Part shown: piece by piece, positions 41,001 through 56,000 of the stretch | Position numbering within the stretch: position 1 is the stretch's first letter | How the letters are laid out: each line of letters starts with the position of its first letter | From: Tubiluchus corallicola | Taxonomy: Eukaryota; Animalia; Priapulida | DNA: 64,000 nt | Direction of reading: 5' to 3' | NCBI GenBank assembly: GCA_030141605.1 | Contig: JAQGDQ010000087.1 | Coordinates: forward strand, 310,001 to 374,000 | Position numbers and translations under genes: made by a program | Notes under the pieces: generated by a model | Database searches by the model: none | The model's input: the letters and a program-made list of their open reading frames with translations, nothing else | What the model was told of the DNA's origin: nothing

Positions 41001-44000
41001 AAGAATTTTAAGTCATTGCCTTAATTTTTTTCAAAGATACAGAAGTTTTAAATGAACAAGTCAGAAAATAAACGGAAAAAAAATTTGGTGACACTATTGC
41101 AAAAATGTAAAACAAGTACGTATGTGTCCACCATTTTCACTGCATCCAAATGAAGGTGTTTCTTTCAACAGCTGGCACAGTTTCTCACTTCATTAAGGAG
41201 TATTTCATCTCATCACCCAATAATTTTTGCCTTCAACTGCTTTGCAAAAAAACGGCTCTGTGCAGCCATTGTACACTTTCTCTTTAAGGAAATTCCAGCT
41301 ACGTAATCCAGACGATCGAGTTCCACTTTTTCTTGGCAACAAATCTTTATCAGTGCTTTATTTTGCATGGTGATTACCATAATGCAAAGAGGTAGATTTC
41401 TTTACTGCTCTGCTGCCATGTATTGAGTGTCACTTTTTTAGGTGAAGATTATGACTGACATTGTTACAGCATTTAGTTTTTAAACATGCAAACATTTGTA
41501 GCCAAACTTAAAAAAACTACTAAAACTGTAAACTTGTAATTTTCGCAGCCAAAAGACTGTGTTTAGTAACATTAGGCTGTGAAATTTCAACTTTTTAGGT
41601 CACTTGCTTCTAATATTATTGTAGTCAAAACTACGGCACATTTTTCCTGTGTATAGAAGCCGATATAAGCTTGCTGTATGGCGGAACACTAATAAGACAA
41701 ATAGTATTTACTCTATTAGCATAACTAATAATGTGGACTAACTTGCAAAATTCAGCTAGCATCTCTACATCAACATCTGGATGCTTAACGATCAATGGCA
41801 GCAGCGCTTTCTTCTGTTCTGCGCTCTCAAATGCATCTCTGAATGAAATCTGCAAATTACAAGATTTTCATAGTTTAAGTGCAAAGTTTTAATGTTTTAA
41901 ATTAGTTGATTTTTTGTAAACCATATTTCAATTTTCACTTTCACAAACATGAGCTCATGAACGACTGAACATTTTACTTGATGCTCGATTGTGTTTAATT
42001 AAATTTCTAGGTAAAATTGGTATTAAATATATCACTGGTTAAAATGTAAAATCATATTAATATTTTAATATCGATACAAATGGTCACAATAGAATTCTAT
42101 TTTATATAATATATTACATAGATATATATTTTATATCTATATATTATATAGATATATATATACACGCACGCACACACACACATATATATTTTGTACATTG
42201 TGTGCGTGCGTGTGTGTGTATATATAATATGAAAATAGTTATATAACTTTTATATATATATATATATATAAATATATATATATATGTATATATACAAAGC
42301 AAAGAGTAATAGATTAATAATAATAATATATTTCATTGTGAGAGTAAGCGCGATGCAATGCAACATTGCAACTTTAGACAACTGCACTTTATAACTACAA
42401 TGCAAAACAATGCAGAAGTGTCTTACAATATGAGATACAGAAAATATAACCACATCACATCATACTCCCAGCTGTATCCCAGTGCCTGAAATCTATACCT
42501 GCATTTCTTCTAGCCGACGACCCCAATGCGCACAGTCAAATAACTTCAGACAAAAGTACAACATACTTGGCTCATGAACAATATTTGAAAAATCTCTCCC
42601 AATGTGTGCGATGGCCTACAGGTAAACAAGATTACTGAGTTAATAATCACACTGACAGAAAATTTGTATTAAAACAGCTTTTTTCATGTTTTAACAGTAT
42701 TATAAAACAATAAACAAAGCCTAATGCTTCACAAATTTTGCTCAGAGAACATTATAAATCTCCATGTAGCAAACTATAATTACAATTACAACTTCTGTTT
42801 CTTCTATTTGTGACTTTCTATGCCAAGGCTTGACTAACATTGTACATGCTAGTGCAGTGAGAGACTAAATTCGAGCAAAACGGGAGGCAAACAATGGGCG
42901 CCATGTTGTAATGCAAATTCTATGGTCTGTTGTATGATAAACAATGGGTGTCAAACAATGGGTGTCATGTTGTAATGCAAATTCTATGGTCTGTTGTATG
43001 ACAAACAATGGGTGTCATGTTGTAATGCAAATTCTATGGTCTGTTGTATGACAAACAATGGGTGCCATGTTGTAATACAAGTTTTATGATCTGTTGTATG
43101 ACAAATAATGGGTGTCATGTTGTAATGCAAATTCTATGGTCTATTGTATGACAAACAATGAGTGTCATGTTGTAATACAAGTTCTATGATCTGTTGTATG
43201 ACAAACAATGGGTGCCATGTAGTAATGCAAATTCTATGATCTGTTGTATGACAAACAATGGGTGTCATGCTGTAATGCAAATTCTATGGTCTATTGTATG
43301 ACAAACAATGGGTGTCATGTTGTAATACAAGTTCTATGATCTGTTGTATGACAAACAATGGGTGTCATGTTGTGATAAAAGTTCTATGATCTGTTGTATA
43401 GCAAATAATGGATGTCATGTTGTAATATAAGTGCTATGGTCTGTTGTATGAAAAACGATGGGTGTCCCGTTGTAATACAAATTCAATGGTTTGTTGTATG
43501 ACAAACAATGGGCGCCATGATGTAATGCAAAGTGATATGGTCTGCTGTATGGCAAACATTGGATGTCATGTTGTAATACAAGTGCTATGGTCTGTTGCAT
43601 GACAAATGACGGGTGCCAAGTTGTAATACAAATTCTATGGTCTGTTGTATGGCAGAAAATGGGCGCCATGTTGTAATACAAGTGCTATGGTCTGTTGTAT
43701 GGCAAAAAATGGACACCATGCTCTACAATTGATTGTATAAGAAAAACAACCCCTTGAGCAACACATGTTTAAAGTATTGTTCGATAAGCAGGTTAGCAAA
43801 GTGTAGCATTAAAATTGTCGACCATTATTAGTGACGTTTTCAGTTATTCTAAAGCTTTCTATGTAGGTTAAAGCTTTTTCGTACACTTGGGCTTTCCACG
43901 GAATAATGAAGAAATACACATTCAGTTCACTGAGAAAACCATGTAGTAGCAATGAATAAAACTGTCATACATAATACAATAAATGGCAGCTCTACTAAAA

Positions 44001-47000
44001 GAATTAACTTACCAGCAAAATATTATACTTCTCGCTGGCACTGTTCACCAGAGATTTTATCTGTCGGAAAGCTTGTTTTTCTGTGGCATATGACAACAGA
44101 TAGCCAATGGCCAAAGAAATGTCCACCTTTGGTTGACTACAGATCTATAGGCAAAGAAATCCTGCATACATAATGTGATTATAAGTTCTCAACAAAAGCA
44201 ACTTTAAAATTCTATGCCAATTCACGCAGTCGTGCGTGGTTTTAAACAGTCCAAGAATTTCGCTTGCGTAATTAAATGGCAGAAGCTTAGACAGTATCCA
44301 GATAAAACAATTTTAAAAAAATGAACTTGTCAAGCACTTTATCAGCCATGATTTAGTAACTTTCCTGGCTAAAATTTAGCCAAGGTACAGTATTCTTTCC
44401 TTTCTAGTAAACACATTGACATAAACACCTAGTGTAAGTCTGATAAAGGTAAAAAACACACATCTCAGTTTGGTTACTAATGCAGGCACCTTCGCCTAAT
44501 TACTGTTGCTACTTTGTTTTATTGAAAAACATATAATAAACATGCTGTATGTACAACACGGACAAGGTCAAACTAACTGAGTCAACTGAACCGTCTATTG
44601 AACCTGCAAGTGATTTTCAACCTGTCTTTACTCCACCTCACTTGGAACCAGGCTCAAAAGACCTCACGTGTGCATGTGTAGAAGTTGTGAGCGCTTTTCA
44701 AAATATCAAATTACTCCAATGAACTACAGTGATTATTAAACATGTGATTATGGCTCCGACCTGCTCTATTTTGAGTCATGTGCACGCAAAAATGCACTAT
44801 TTTCTCATTTAAATATCATTAAATCACTATTTCATTTCAATATCATTTAAAGGCAAAAGAGTTAACAGATAAACGAGTCTCTTCTAAAATGGAAAACCAG
44901 ACAGACTAACGAAAGATATAGCTGCAGACACTAAGGCAGATAAAGCTGTAAAAAAGCAATTGTTCAAGAGGAACAATGATCCATTCAATAACCAAGCCTG
45001 ATACTGCCTAACTTTGTAGCCAAGCACGCACCACTCATCTATTCTTATATAAATACACACAAACCTTGGACAGCAAACAGCCGGTAAAGTTGATTAAATG
45101 ATCATGTCCTACACTAACAACATGATCCATCATGTCTGTACATTTTGCAAGAGCCAGATGCACATTCTATAAATAAATTATCTATTAAACTTTTCTTCTG
45201 ATGTAAAAGCTACTGAAATAATTTACAAAAATGTCCATAAACAGTGAATTTTCCCAATACATAATTTACTATCTCACTAGTATACACATTAAAGTTTTTT
45301 TTACATTACAAGCAATCAGTTTTAATGATGCTATTCTTAATTTCTTTTATTCACCTCTTTACACCAAGAATCATCTAACAATGGATAAATCTACACGTTT
45401 CTGCACAATGCAAGAACTATTTTTTAAAATCATGCAATCAAGATAATTGAGCCATTAAAATGCTATGCTAATAACAAACTATTAATTTACAGACGTTGTA
45501 AATGCCAACGACACTTAATGCATTGAATGCTACCACTTTAATATTGCAAAGCGACTGTTCTTACAAAGTTCACAAAAGGTTAAGTATTCTTCAGTTTTGA
45601 AATTTACAAAAATATCTGTCCGTGTACTTTCACATTTGCTACTAGAAAATAAACCATAGAAAACAACTTGTAAAGATCTGGAATAACTTCAAGTACAACA
45701 TGTCTTATACTTTATAACCAAATGCTCAAACCTTCTTTAACACTAAGCTTATTTTAAGCGAAAAAGAACAAAGAGAAAAATACCTCATCATACGATCGGA
45801 AGGCGTGCCCCATTTTCTGTGCAGAGCTTACTTGTAAGATACAACCGATGGTGGCAATGACATATCGATAAGCTAACTCATGTAACGAATTCTGCTGCAA
45901 ATATTCAATAAGCGTCTGTGATGCAGTCACGAGTGGCAAAATGCGATCTTCCAAGATGTTTTCCATCTCCTTCGCTAAAAATGTAAAGAGATGAGTTTTA
46001 TATTCACTGAAACAAAGTTATTTCTAAAATAGCTTCAAAAAGTATCACAAAAATTACTCTGTAACAAGAGAAAACATCTTGCTTACAGGCAACCGTAACT
46101 ATACGAAATATCTCATGTTTCCTTGAAGCAAAACCAGACCCAATCTTAAGCTGCAGGTCAAAACAATCTACTCTTTAAAATATTGAAAAGAAACATGCTA
46201 CTTTTTCAAAAATGACTCACGTGAGAGAGTTATTACCACACAAACTCAATTTCGCATTCGCACCACTAATTCTTTGCTGTTACTTGCATTTTGCCATTCG
46301 CTAATTAGACTAGTGCCTGCATTTCAAAAATGTATTGCACAAAAAACAGGTGCTGTACCTGTCATTTCTGAGGTGTTAGTTTGAGACAAACTACACACAT
46401 TCGACATCTCAAGCATAAGCACAGCGGTAAATTTGAAATTTGAATTTTTATCTTAAAACTTGCCTGGTTTTAGTACAACACACTGAATACCTTACAGTAG
46501 CACTATACTTCAACTTCCACTTTCACTAACACATGTGACACGCAAGTGGAATATTTTTGTTGTTGAAAATTATGTTAGTTTGTGATGTCATCAATTGTTG
46601 GGCTTGCACACTGCTAATCAAGTTTTTAATTTATAATTTAATTACCAGAAACACTTTTGCAGTATTAATTGTGTTAAAACGCATACTTTTAATCAGACTT
46701 GAAAATGGGGTAGTACATGAGAAATCATCCCCTCTTCCTTTAAGAAGCCTTAAATGTTACACAATGTTTGTCTTCTCACATTTGCAAGACTATTGAAACA
46801 AAAACTTTCCTTTCAGTGGTCACTTAAACAAAAATATCAGCAATGCAAAAGCTGGACTTAGCTCATTAAATGAAGACAAAAATAGAGCAAACTGTGTATC
46901 AGCAGGAATTGTGAATCTGTAGGAATTGTGTATCAGCAGGAACTGTGTATATGTAGGGTCACTTCGGTATTTTTCTTTTTGTTCTTTTCCGCTTGAAATA

Positions 47001-50000
47001 AACTTAGTGTTAAAGAAGATTTGGACATATGTTTATAAAGTATGACATGTTGTACTTGAAGTTATTCTAGACCTTGACAAATCGTTATCTATGCTTTACT
47101 TTCTAGTAGCAAATGTAAAAGCACGGGTACAGATATTTTTGTAAATACGGAACACTTGAAGTGAAACACAAAAACAAAAATAATAAATTCTTAGACCAAC
47201 AAGTATGTGCTTTTACACAAATATGAAGGCAAAACAAGAACGAAATAAAAACTTGGTTCCTGTTAGACAGCGGTACAACGAAGAAATACTAATTAAAACA
47301 TTTACAACCCTTTAGGGGATGTACTACTAACCTTCTAGTAAACTACGCCCAGCGGTGCGACACTGCACAAACGGCTTTTTGCTTAAACTGGCCGCTGGAA
47401 GGCAAACTTCAACAAACTTCATTGATAGTGGGAGTGCACTAGACGACTCCAAAACTAAGCCATCCTCTTTAAAGTAAGTGTCATTTAACCACGTGGATTC
47501 TATAAGACATGGCTGATCGATCTGCAAAATGTACATAAACTTTGACAGGTAAATTTACTCATAATAGAAATTTACTATTGCAGTTATTTTACTCCAGGTA
47601 ATTTTCTTCTAAACTACGTTTTACTTAGCTTTACTAATCACTAATTAACTTTTTGTCAAAGTCAATTAACACAAACATAAAATGTAGAATTAAGCTACTG
47701 CCAAATCACATTGAAAACACTGGTTCTCGTCTGATCACTTAAGTTAAGCAATGTAGAACATGGTTAGTACTTGGATGGGTGACCGCCTAGGAATACCAGG
47801 TGCTGTAGGCTTGCGGGATGCCCACACTGTATCTCGATACTAGGCGGAGGAGCTGCAAACGGCTAGAGGGTGGAGGAGGTCAAGTGACCCAACGGCCACG
47901 TGTAGAGGAGTAAACCTTCCAAATCAGGAGTGGAGCCCCGAAGGCGGACCAGTGCAGCATGCTCACTGACTCCGGCAGCCAACCTGGTGCCAAACGTATC
48001 GCTCCGCTTTCCTTTGGACTGCACCAGGGAGGAAGAGAGGTTCCTGTTATCTGGACAACTCAGGATTTCCATACACCTTGCCCAGGCGTGCGCCCGGGAG
48101 ACGTTCAAGGATCGCACTGCTCAGCCACAGTCAACGCTGCAGCTCCATCAATTCAATAACTGACTCTCTCTCTAACTCACAATCCATTGTCTTCAGAGAC
48201 AGAAGGATGCCAACAACAAAATCTAGAATTAAATCAACGGGTCAAGCAAAGTCAAGGGCAGCGTCAAACCCTGTTTTTTCTCAAAATTCAAAATCATTCG
48301 TAAACCACGACAGCAAAATGAACTACTACAACTAACCCTGACTGACAAACTGTAATCACTGGTTTCACATTTCTGATGCATGTCCACAGCTAGTCGAGTA
48401 CAACAGCATAATTCCAAGCAATCTGCCAATAAACCTAGAAAGCAAAAAAATGCAAAGTAAGCAAATGCAAATGCATCAACAAGACATTTTCAGACCACTT
48501 CAGATTCACTTCAGTTCAATTCATTTATTAACATAACATTTATTAACATAAACATATTAAATCGAACAAAGTTCGTTTTAGCCGTGAAATTATTGAGTGA
48601 TTAGATAGAACAGAAGTGGTGTATCAGTGATGTTCCTGCCTCTGCAAGATAAATAGCAAAAATCAGTATGTCAAATGAAATCTGCGAAAGCAAACAGTGG
48701 TGACTACAAACTATTCACTGACGCACCTTGTCACTGCAAAATATCAATCACGAAGCACACACCGTGACCATTCAGCTTTTCAGTATCAAGCTTGCCCTAA
48801 CTGCTACATAAATACTGATCCAGCATTCAGCAAGGTTTGGACTACCTCCTATCTAAGACCATGTTAGTCATACCTGGACTGCAGCCAACCAATGCCCGGC
48901 AAGCAAATTCATAAGTGACCATTGGTGGACAGTCACTACGCTTGGAAAGAACACGGGCCACAGAGTAAAGAATACGACAAGCATTTTGACACCTGCCTTC
49001 CCCGTTCAATAATCTGAAAAATACAGATTTTACAAAACGTGATAAAAAATGTAACAAATTTTCATTAACTTGATGAGTGTCTCCTCTGACCAAGGAAATA
49101 ATCATTTCACAATATGACACAATCTTGAAGACAGCTAGAAGATCTGTAACAATTTATGCACAAAAGAACATTGACAATAAGAAATGAAAAGTTAATATTA
49201 TTTTGTAAAGTTTTTATGTAAATATCATCGTACTACCAAGATACAATTGTAGCCACCAGCTCAACTGTTGATATCACTAATGTTTCTCCAACAGGACACT
49301 TTTTAGAGAAATCTAGAAGAACCATCGTCACATGCTGGCTATTCTAACTTCATTTTCTTCACAACCGCATAAATATTTGAAACGACAGCATACCCACACA
49401 ACTTTCGTATATTATCAACATTGCCTTTCTCTGCAGCTTGTAAAGCATACTTCTCAATTACATCATGTCTAGAAAAACCAAGTATATCTGCGAGTCTGAA
49501 TAAGCGTGCATAGCCGCCTCTCTTCACTCGCGAAGGTTTCCTGTGGCTGGTACTGCTGCACTTTGCAACTTCGTTATTGACAAGCTACATAAACAAAAGT
49601 TTTACATTACGGACAGAGTTTAAAGAAACCATAGATGAACGTTAACATAGTATGCTGCCACTAAAAAAATTTCAAATTCTATACCAGTGACTTCGTATCA
49701 AATTTTACATGTAGTTATGAGAACAGTAAATTCAAAATTACGAAATCGTTAAAACTGATGCAGGTAAATATGGCCAAGACCTGTAATGAGAGGGTTATCC
49801 TTGATAGTAAGCCAGGTACTAGCCTTGTCACAAATATTGTTGTTGAGCAGCCCCTGCTGTTGATTCTGATTTGCAGTGTACTGAAGTGTATAAAAGAAAA
49901 AATCCAAAAGACAGAATTCTACACAATCCTGCACAGTACTGATATAATTTTGTCAACTGTTACAAGTCTTTAATTCAAGAACTATTTCTCTATCATGTTT

Positions 50001-53000
50001 TGAACATACAATATGCTTCTGTTGTCCTAGCAACTGCAAAATAAGGAAACTAATAATTCATTCATTCAGTTTTATTCATTGAAAGACAACTTAAAGATGA
50101 TAAACATATTGGCGAACAAATGACAATCATAATTAACTGTTTAGATCTCTTTTCATCCACCAAATAAAAAAGGCTTATATGTTTGCTGCTCATTTACGTT
50201 TGTTTGACCTAAGTCCCCATTTAGTCCAACTGTTGCTGCAAAGTCGTCTAGGAGGTGCAACCGATAAGGTTCCTTCTGAAACTCCTTCAATGACGGATAT
50301 CTTCCAAATTCAGCCTGAAGATTTTGAAGCTTTTCTAGCTGCTCAAGCACGGCATCATCGATGAAAACTGTAAAAACAAACTAAATTGCTAGCAAGGTTG
50401 AACAAGTACAGTTTACTCAGTACAAAAGACAAAATTGCCAATAACATTATTGTGCCTCAATACAATGCAATCTTAATAAGAATAAAAAACTTCCATACCT
50501 GTCTTATCAACATGATCCAGATAGCGTAAAATTTCTACAGCAGCGCCAACAAAATTCCGCTTTTGTGTGTCATCTTCGTCGTCAACTGAGCTACAGTCCT
50601 CCAGAAGCACCACACAATTGATCACAATGCGTCGTGCACAAACCGTTGCCTTTTCAACTGGCAATGATTTCAACAAATTCATGCACTCCAGTATCTAAAA
50701 AAGTGTAAAAAACATTAAATGAGACTGGCCATTTGCTCTAGACCTCTCAACAACATATGAGCTGTCATTAAGCAACACATTAAATATCTTTTACAAATCA
50801 AATTTAAAAAAACTGCTTGTGTAAGAAATTTTGCAAATTATTATCCAATAGACTTTCCACTATATTCACCAGACATTCCACTACAATTACCAGACATTCC
50901 ACTACAATCACCAAACTTTCCACTACAATCACCAAACATTCCACTACAATCACAAAACTTTCCACTATATTCACCAGACATTCCACTACAATCACCAGAC
51001 TTTCCACTATATTCACCAGACATTCCACTACAATCACCAGACTTTCCACTATATTCACCAGACATTCCACTACAATCACCAAACTTTCCACTACAATCAC
51101 CAGACATTCCACTACAATCACCAGACATTCCACTAGAATCACCAAACATTCCACTACAATCACCAGACATTCCACTACAATCACAAAACTTTCCACTATA
51201 TTCACCAGACATTCCACTACAATCACCAGACTTTCCACTATATTCACCAGAATTTCCACTACAATCACTAAACATTCCACTACAATCACCAGACATTCCA
51301 CTACAATCACAAGACATTCCACTACAATCACAAGACATTCCACTACGATCATCAAATTCTCCACTACAATCACCAAACATTCTTACTGAATGAGGAAGCT
51401 GAACTTTCATCATCACAATGATCAAAAACTAGAGTCATTTGTACTCCTGAATGTGTTTTGCAATCACAAGTTGCTTTTAGATTATTTATATTCAGCATCG
51501 TCAAGTTTTCTCCACAATTTCAAGTAAGAAGGCACCAACATGTGTAGTTTAGTTTATAAATGTGTGTTTTGTCTCGTCTTGTGAGGTCTAAAGAATTTAA
51601 ATCATCTAAATTCTTTAAAAATTTGTCAAAGACTGTAGGTGACTCTGAATGTAAATGTAGTTCCGTCATTTCAGAAACAGAACTTTTTGCTGTTTGATTG
51701 CAGTGGAAACTCTCTATTTACTAACAATAAACCATTACAAATCAGTAACTTTGTACTCGATACTGAATAATACAATTGAGCATCTTCTGTTTTATTGAAA
51801 TAGTATTAAATAGGAAACTATCTCTCGATCTTTTTGGTACAAGCACAGTGTCAAACCTACGGTTGATGTCAATATCAGACGAAGATCTATACCAGAACGT
51901 TGGTTAAAGATAATTCAAGTTGCTGTATTATCTATAAACAAACTGTTCAATAACTGCTGTTAAGCAAACTAATAGTTGACAAACCTTTTCCTGTAGTATA
52001 AGCCATTTAAAATAAAATATGTACATTTCAATGTCGGGAATTTGCGAGAAGACGGCGGCAATTTGTAATGCATCTTGTAAAGCAGATTCATTGCCACTGG
52101 ATAGTATATAGTAAGCCATTCTCTAAAAAACAAAAGCACTAAAAATACTATTAGGTTGTAACAAAACTTATGAATATGTATTAAGTGCCACAAAAAGGAA
52201 TAAAAGGTCTTCATAATAAGAGAAATAATGCTATTATGTAAATTGTACCACAGAGAACGTACCAGCAGAGAACGTGTATCTGGATTGTATTGTATAATAT
52301 CATATTTCAAGAGTACTGTATCCAGCTCAACAACCTCAAGTTGATGGTTCAAAACAGAAGACCTAGGAAAAAAATTCATAATTAATTGTACATTTATACA
52401 TCACTGTTATATATCAGCTGAAAGAAATATGAATAATGCCTCTCATACAAATGTTTTTTATTCGCCTATAGTTTCATTAAATACTTGAAAATAATTCAAT
52501 GCCACTTGAACATAATGTATTATTCAGTACTAATAATAAATAATAAATAAAACATATTTTATAAAGTGCACGTTCAAGCAAAACATGTTCAATGGTTCTG
52601 TACGGGTAAAATATAACACACAATTAAGAAAATTTTTAAAAATTTTGCACCAAACATACAAATCGTCCACATGCCAAAAGTTATAGTAAAAATAGGTTGT
52701 TACTGAAGTTACTACAGTTAGAGTTAATTGTAATAATTTTTAAAGAGATGAATCTTCAAGCATTTTTTCAAATAGTTGTACAGTAGATACAGTTCTGAGA
52801 TTTTGAGGCAAGGAATTCCAATATTTCGGTGCAACTGAAGAAAATCCAAGGTCGCCAAAGAGTTTTTTTTTCTATTAAAATGTACCAAAAGTTCATTATG
52901 GGAAGATATACTTGCTCGTTTAGCCGTACAGTAGATGCGTTTATGTAACCTTTATCAGACAAGTAGACAGGAAAGAGTTTGTGTAAAGCTTTGTATGTGA

Positions 53001-56000
53001 GAACTAACAGTTTACATATACAAAGGTAGTTCTAATCGGTAACCAGTGCAAGTAAAATATAGAAGCAGTAGCACCATCCTACTTTCCTGCACCAATAGAA
53101 ACCTTTGCTGCTAAATTCTGAAGGCGCTGCATAGCTTGGATGGTGCAGTCAGGGAGCCCAGTGAATAATGAATTAGTCTAATCAAAATGAAACAACACCA
53201 GTGCAGACATTAAGCTAGATAAGAATTTTTTGACTTGATAATACGGTGTAGATTATTGCGATGATAATTACTACAAAGCAAATGCAACGTTTTTTTGCTA
53301 AAAGTGAAATTTTAGCGAAGACATTCAATTAGCGCTGTAAAAATATGAACCAGTAAAATGACGAAAAGTCAGCACAGCTGAATTTGTGTCAGTGTGTGTG
53401 ACCCGACTAACTAACTAACTAAGCAAAGTATTTCAGAGGCACTTGTCATGAACAGTATTTGAAGCACTTCTTCTTAAAACACATTCCTAATTAACTTTCT
53501 CAATCTGACTAAAAACCATTCCCTTCCTATCACACAGACAATGCAAATATTGCAAAAAAATTTCAATCTTCAACACAGGATTAAAACAGTAGAAACAAAA
53601 ATTAAAATTCTACCTTATATGATTTAATGCAAGCCCAGCCTCGGCAAGTTTTCTCATTTCATCGGTGAGTGGAAGACTGGCTTTACTCACAGCTTCAACA
53701 ATAGCCAGAAACTTGAACTAAATAAAAATCAATAATGTTGCCTAATAGAAATCATGAGGAGGAAGCAAGTATAATACACTACAGGTAAATTACAATAGAC
53801 AAAACCTTTTCCTTGAAAAAGTCGTCAAAGGCATAATGAAATTACAGGGCAATGCCTACCCAGCTTATAATATAGCTCATATAGACAACATACACAGTAT
53901 AAAACAAATACATTTGAGAAAAACTTTATGAAAATCAAACTAACAGCTTGAAAATACAGAAAGATTTGTCTTATTAGCATTAGCAAAAATTATTGATTCC
54001 TACTAAACTCATATCTGGTTTGCCGGACCTCGCTTTTACGGATATCTGAAGAATCGAACAAAATCTGAACCGTTATAAAGTCCTGCATACTACGGACACA
54101 GTCCATTACTTCGCGAGCTGACCGCTAGTTGGTGGACCGTCGCTTTGTTTACATCATTACACATCAATGTAATCAAGCAACGTGTAACGGCACGTATGTA
54201 GCTTGTATGTCTATTGTATGTTTAAGCGGTTATTCGGGTGTGTAAGTGGTTTAATCAGCATGTTATTTAATTATGCGGAGTTATATCAGTCAATTGCCAA
54301 CAGTTTACAAATACTTTTGCATAGGAATTGTCTGCATCTAGACGTTTTTGAGACAATTAGGCGATTGACTCTACATTACCGTGAGTCTCTATACACGCCA
54401 CCTACTATATTAGCTTAGTATCGGTAAACATGAACAATCGTCAAATTCGGACCAATGTCTCCCTGCTTTTGTCCGCCGAACCGAGATATCAGTGTACTTT
54501 GATTATTATTTCAGTCATTTTACCATAGTCATAATTAAGTAAACTCCAATGACAATACGTGTTTCAGAAACAAAATGAACTTACATTTGTATCTAGAATA
54601 CACTCAATTACAGCAACTGCACGAGATTCCCACGTGGAGACTGTAGCTCTGCGTTTATTCTTCAGACGTTTCAATATGTCCTTAACAAACACGGGATAAA
54701 AAACATAAGCTTTTAATTCTACTTTGCACAATGCCAATTGCACATGAAAAATGAACTATCTATTTATTATTTTTCATTTAACAAAACACTTATAAATGTG
54801 AAAAGGTGGTTCCAGTAATTTGCAGTTAACATCGGCTGTAAGATTTGGTTGTTTCACTATAAGAGCTAACTTATAAACCAGAAGTGTCATTTTACTTGTG
54901 CATATAATTATAAACTACACGGGAACAGGGCAGGAATGGCAACACTCTGATACCTTATGATGTATATCTTGATGAAGGATACCTAGTAATTTAATATCAC
55001 CTTTATGTAATTGTACAAAATCTTTTCTTCATCCATATTATTTTCGCGCAGGTACACTCGCACTTGATTTTCTATAGCAGCAGGTAACAGCTCTATAGCT
55101 TTCACACGATCCAGCATTCTATAAGCAAGGCTCTCAGCACTTTCCTGCAAACAACAACAAGATGTTAACATTAAAACTATTGAATTAAACATTAAACATA
55201 AAACATAAAACATTGAATTATTATGAATGTCAAAAAAATGTCACGGACCACTCTTAATACTTCGGTTTAATATAAGCGAACAGATATTTTACTAATCTTT
55301 TACAGTATATTGTGAATTGAAACCATACTTATCAAAACTCAAGGATGACAATGAAAAACCTGCCAAAAAATGCAGCTTATTTAAAGTAAACATTTACTTA
55401 ATAATTAAAATTCAGTTTGTTAATACTACGCTAATGTAGCTTGCAAATTTGGGTCCTAAGTTACAGCCTACAAGACCTATTAATAAATACACATCTTCTC
55501 AACAGAATTAACCCACTTCCAAAGGAAGTTACTGAAATCAAAGGGATGACTGGTGCTATGTAAGCAGCGCTGGCTAAACGTTAAACATAATTGTAAAAAA
55601 CAAACAAACAAAAAACTGAAAACTGATAGAAGAGGTTACAAACAGCAGTGCAGATTTAGCAAATGTAAAAACTGAAACGGAAATCACATACCTGCATGAA
55701 CTCACTTAACGTAAGCTTGCAATGATACTTGCTACGCAATCTAGATAACTTCAACAAAGATTTAAACAAATGCTCCAGAGTGGACAAAGCTGTACTTGTG
55801 TCCTGAAATAAAGATTACCTTAGTTAACTGTGCTATCACAACTTATTATTCCATCAATGTAAATTCATAGTTACTCACTTAGGAGCTTTTTTGTAAAACA
55901 ATACGTTGTTCAACTGAAAAAACTAATATTATGTTACGTAAGAACAATTAGGCATTTAAGTCGACAGAAATCCACAATCAGTTTTTATACGAAAATGCAA

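Noticed and set aside
42888-43720. Regular array as a possible CRISPR
   Set aside because: Head-to-tail units with no unique spacers, in a eukaryotic intron
47693-47812. Functional 5S rRNA gene
   Set aside because: Diverged, lacks the oligo-T terminator, and is part of a TSD-flanked insertion
47863-48335. Overlapping ORFs in the GC-rich segment
   Set aside because: By-product of the high GC content of the SINE body
50804-51425. Three ORFs of about 190 aa (VIVVECL, HSTTITR, GDCSGMS repeats)
   Set aside because: They arise from a stop-free 21-bp minisatellite inside a KNTC1 intron and have no unique coding flanks
54975-54982. U12-type donor GTATCCTT on the minus strand
   Set aside because: It follows an in-frame TAG; the upstream U2 donor at 55000 fits the reading frame
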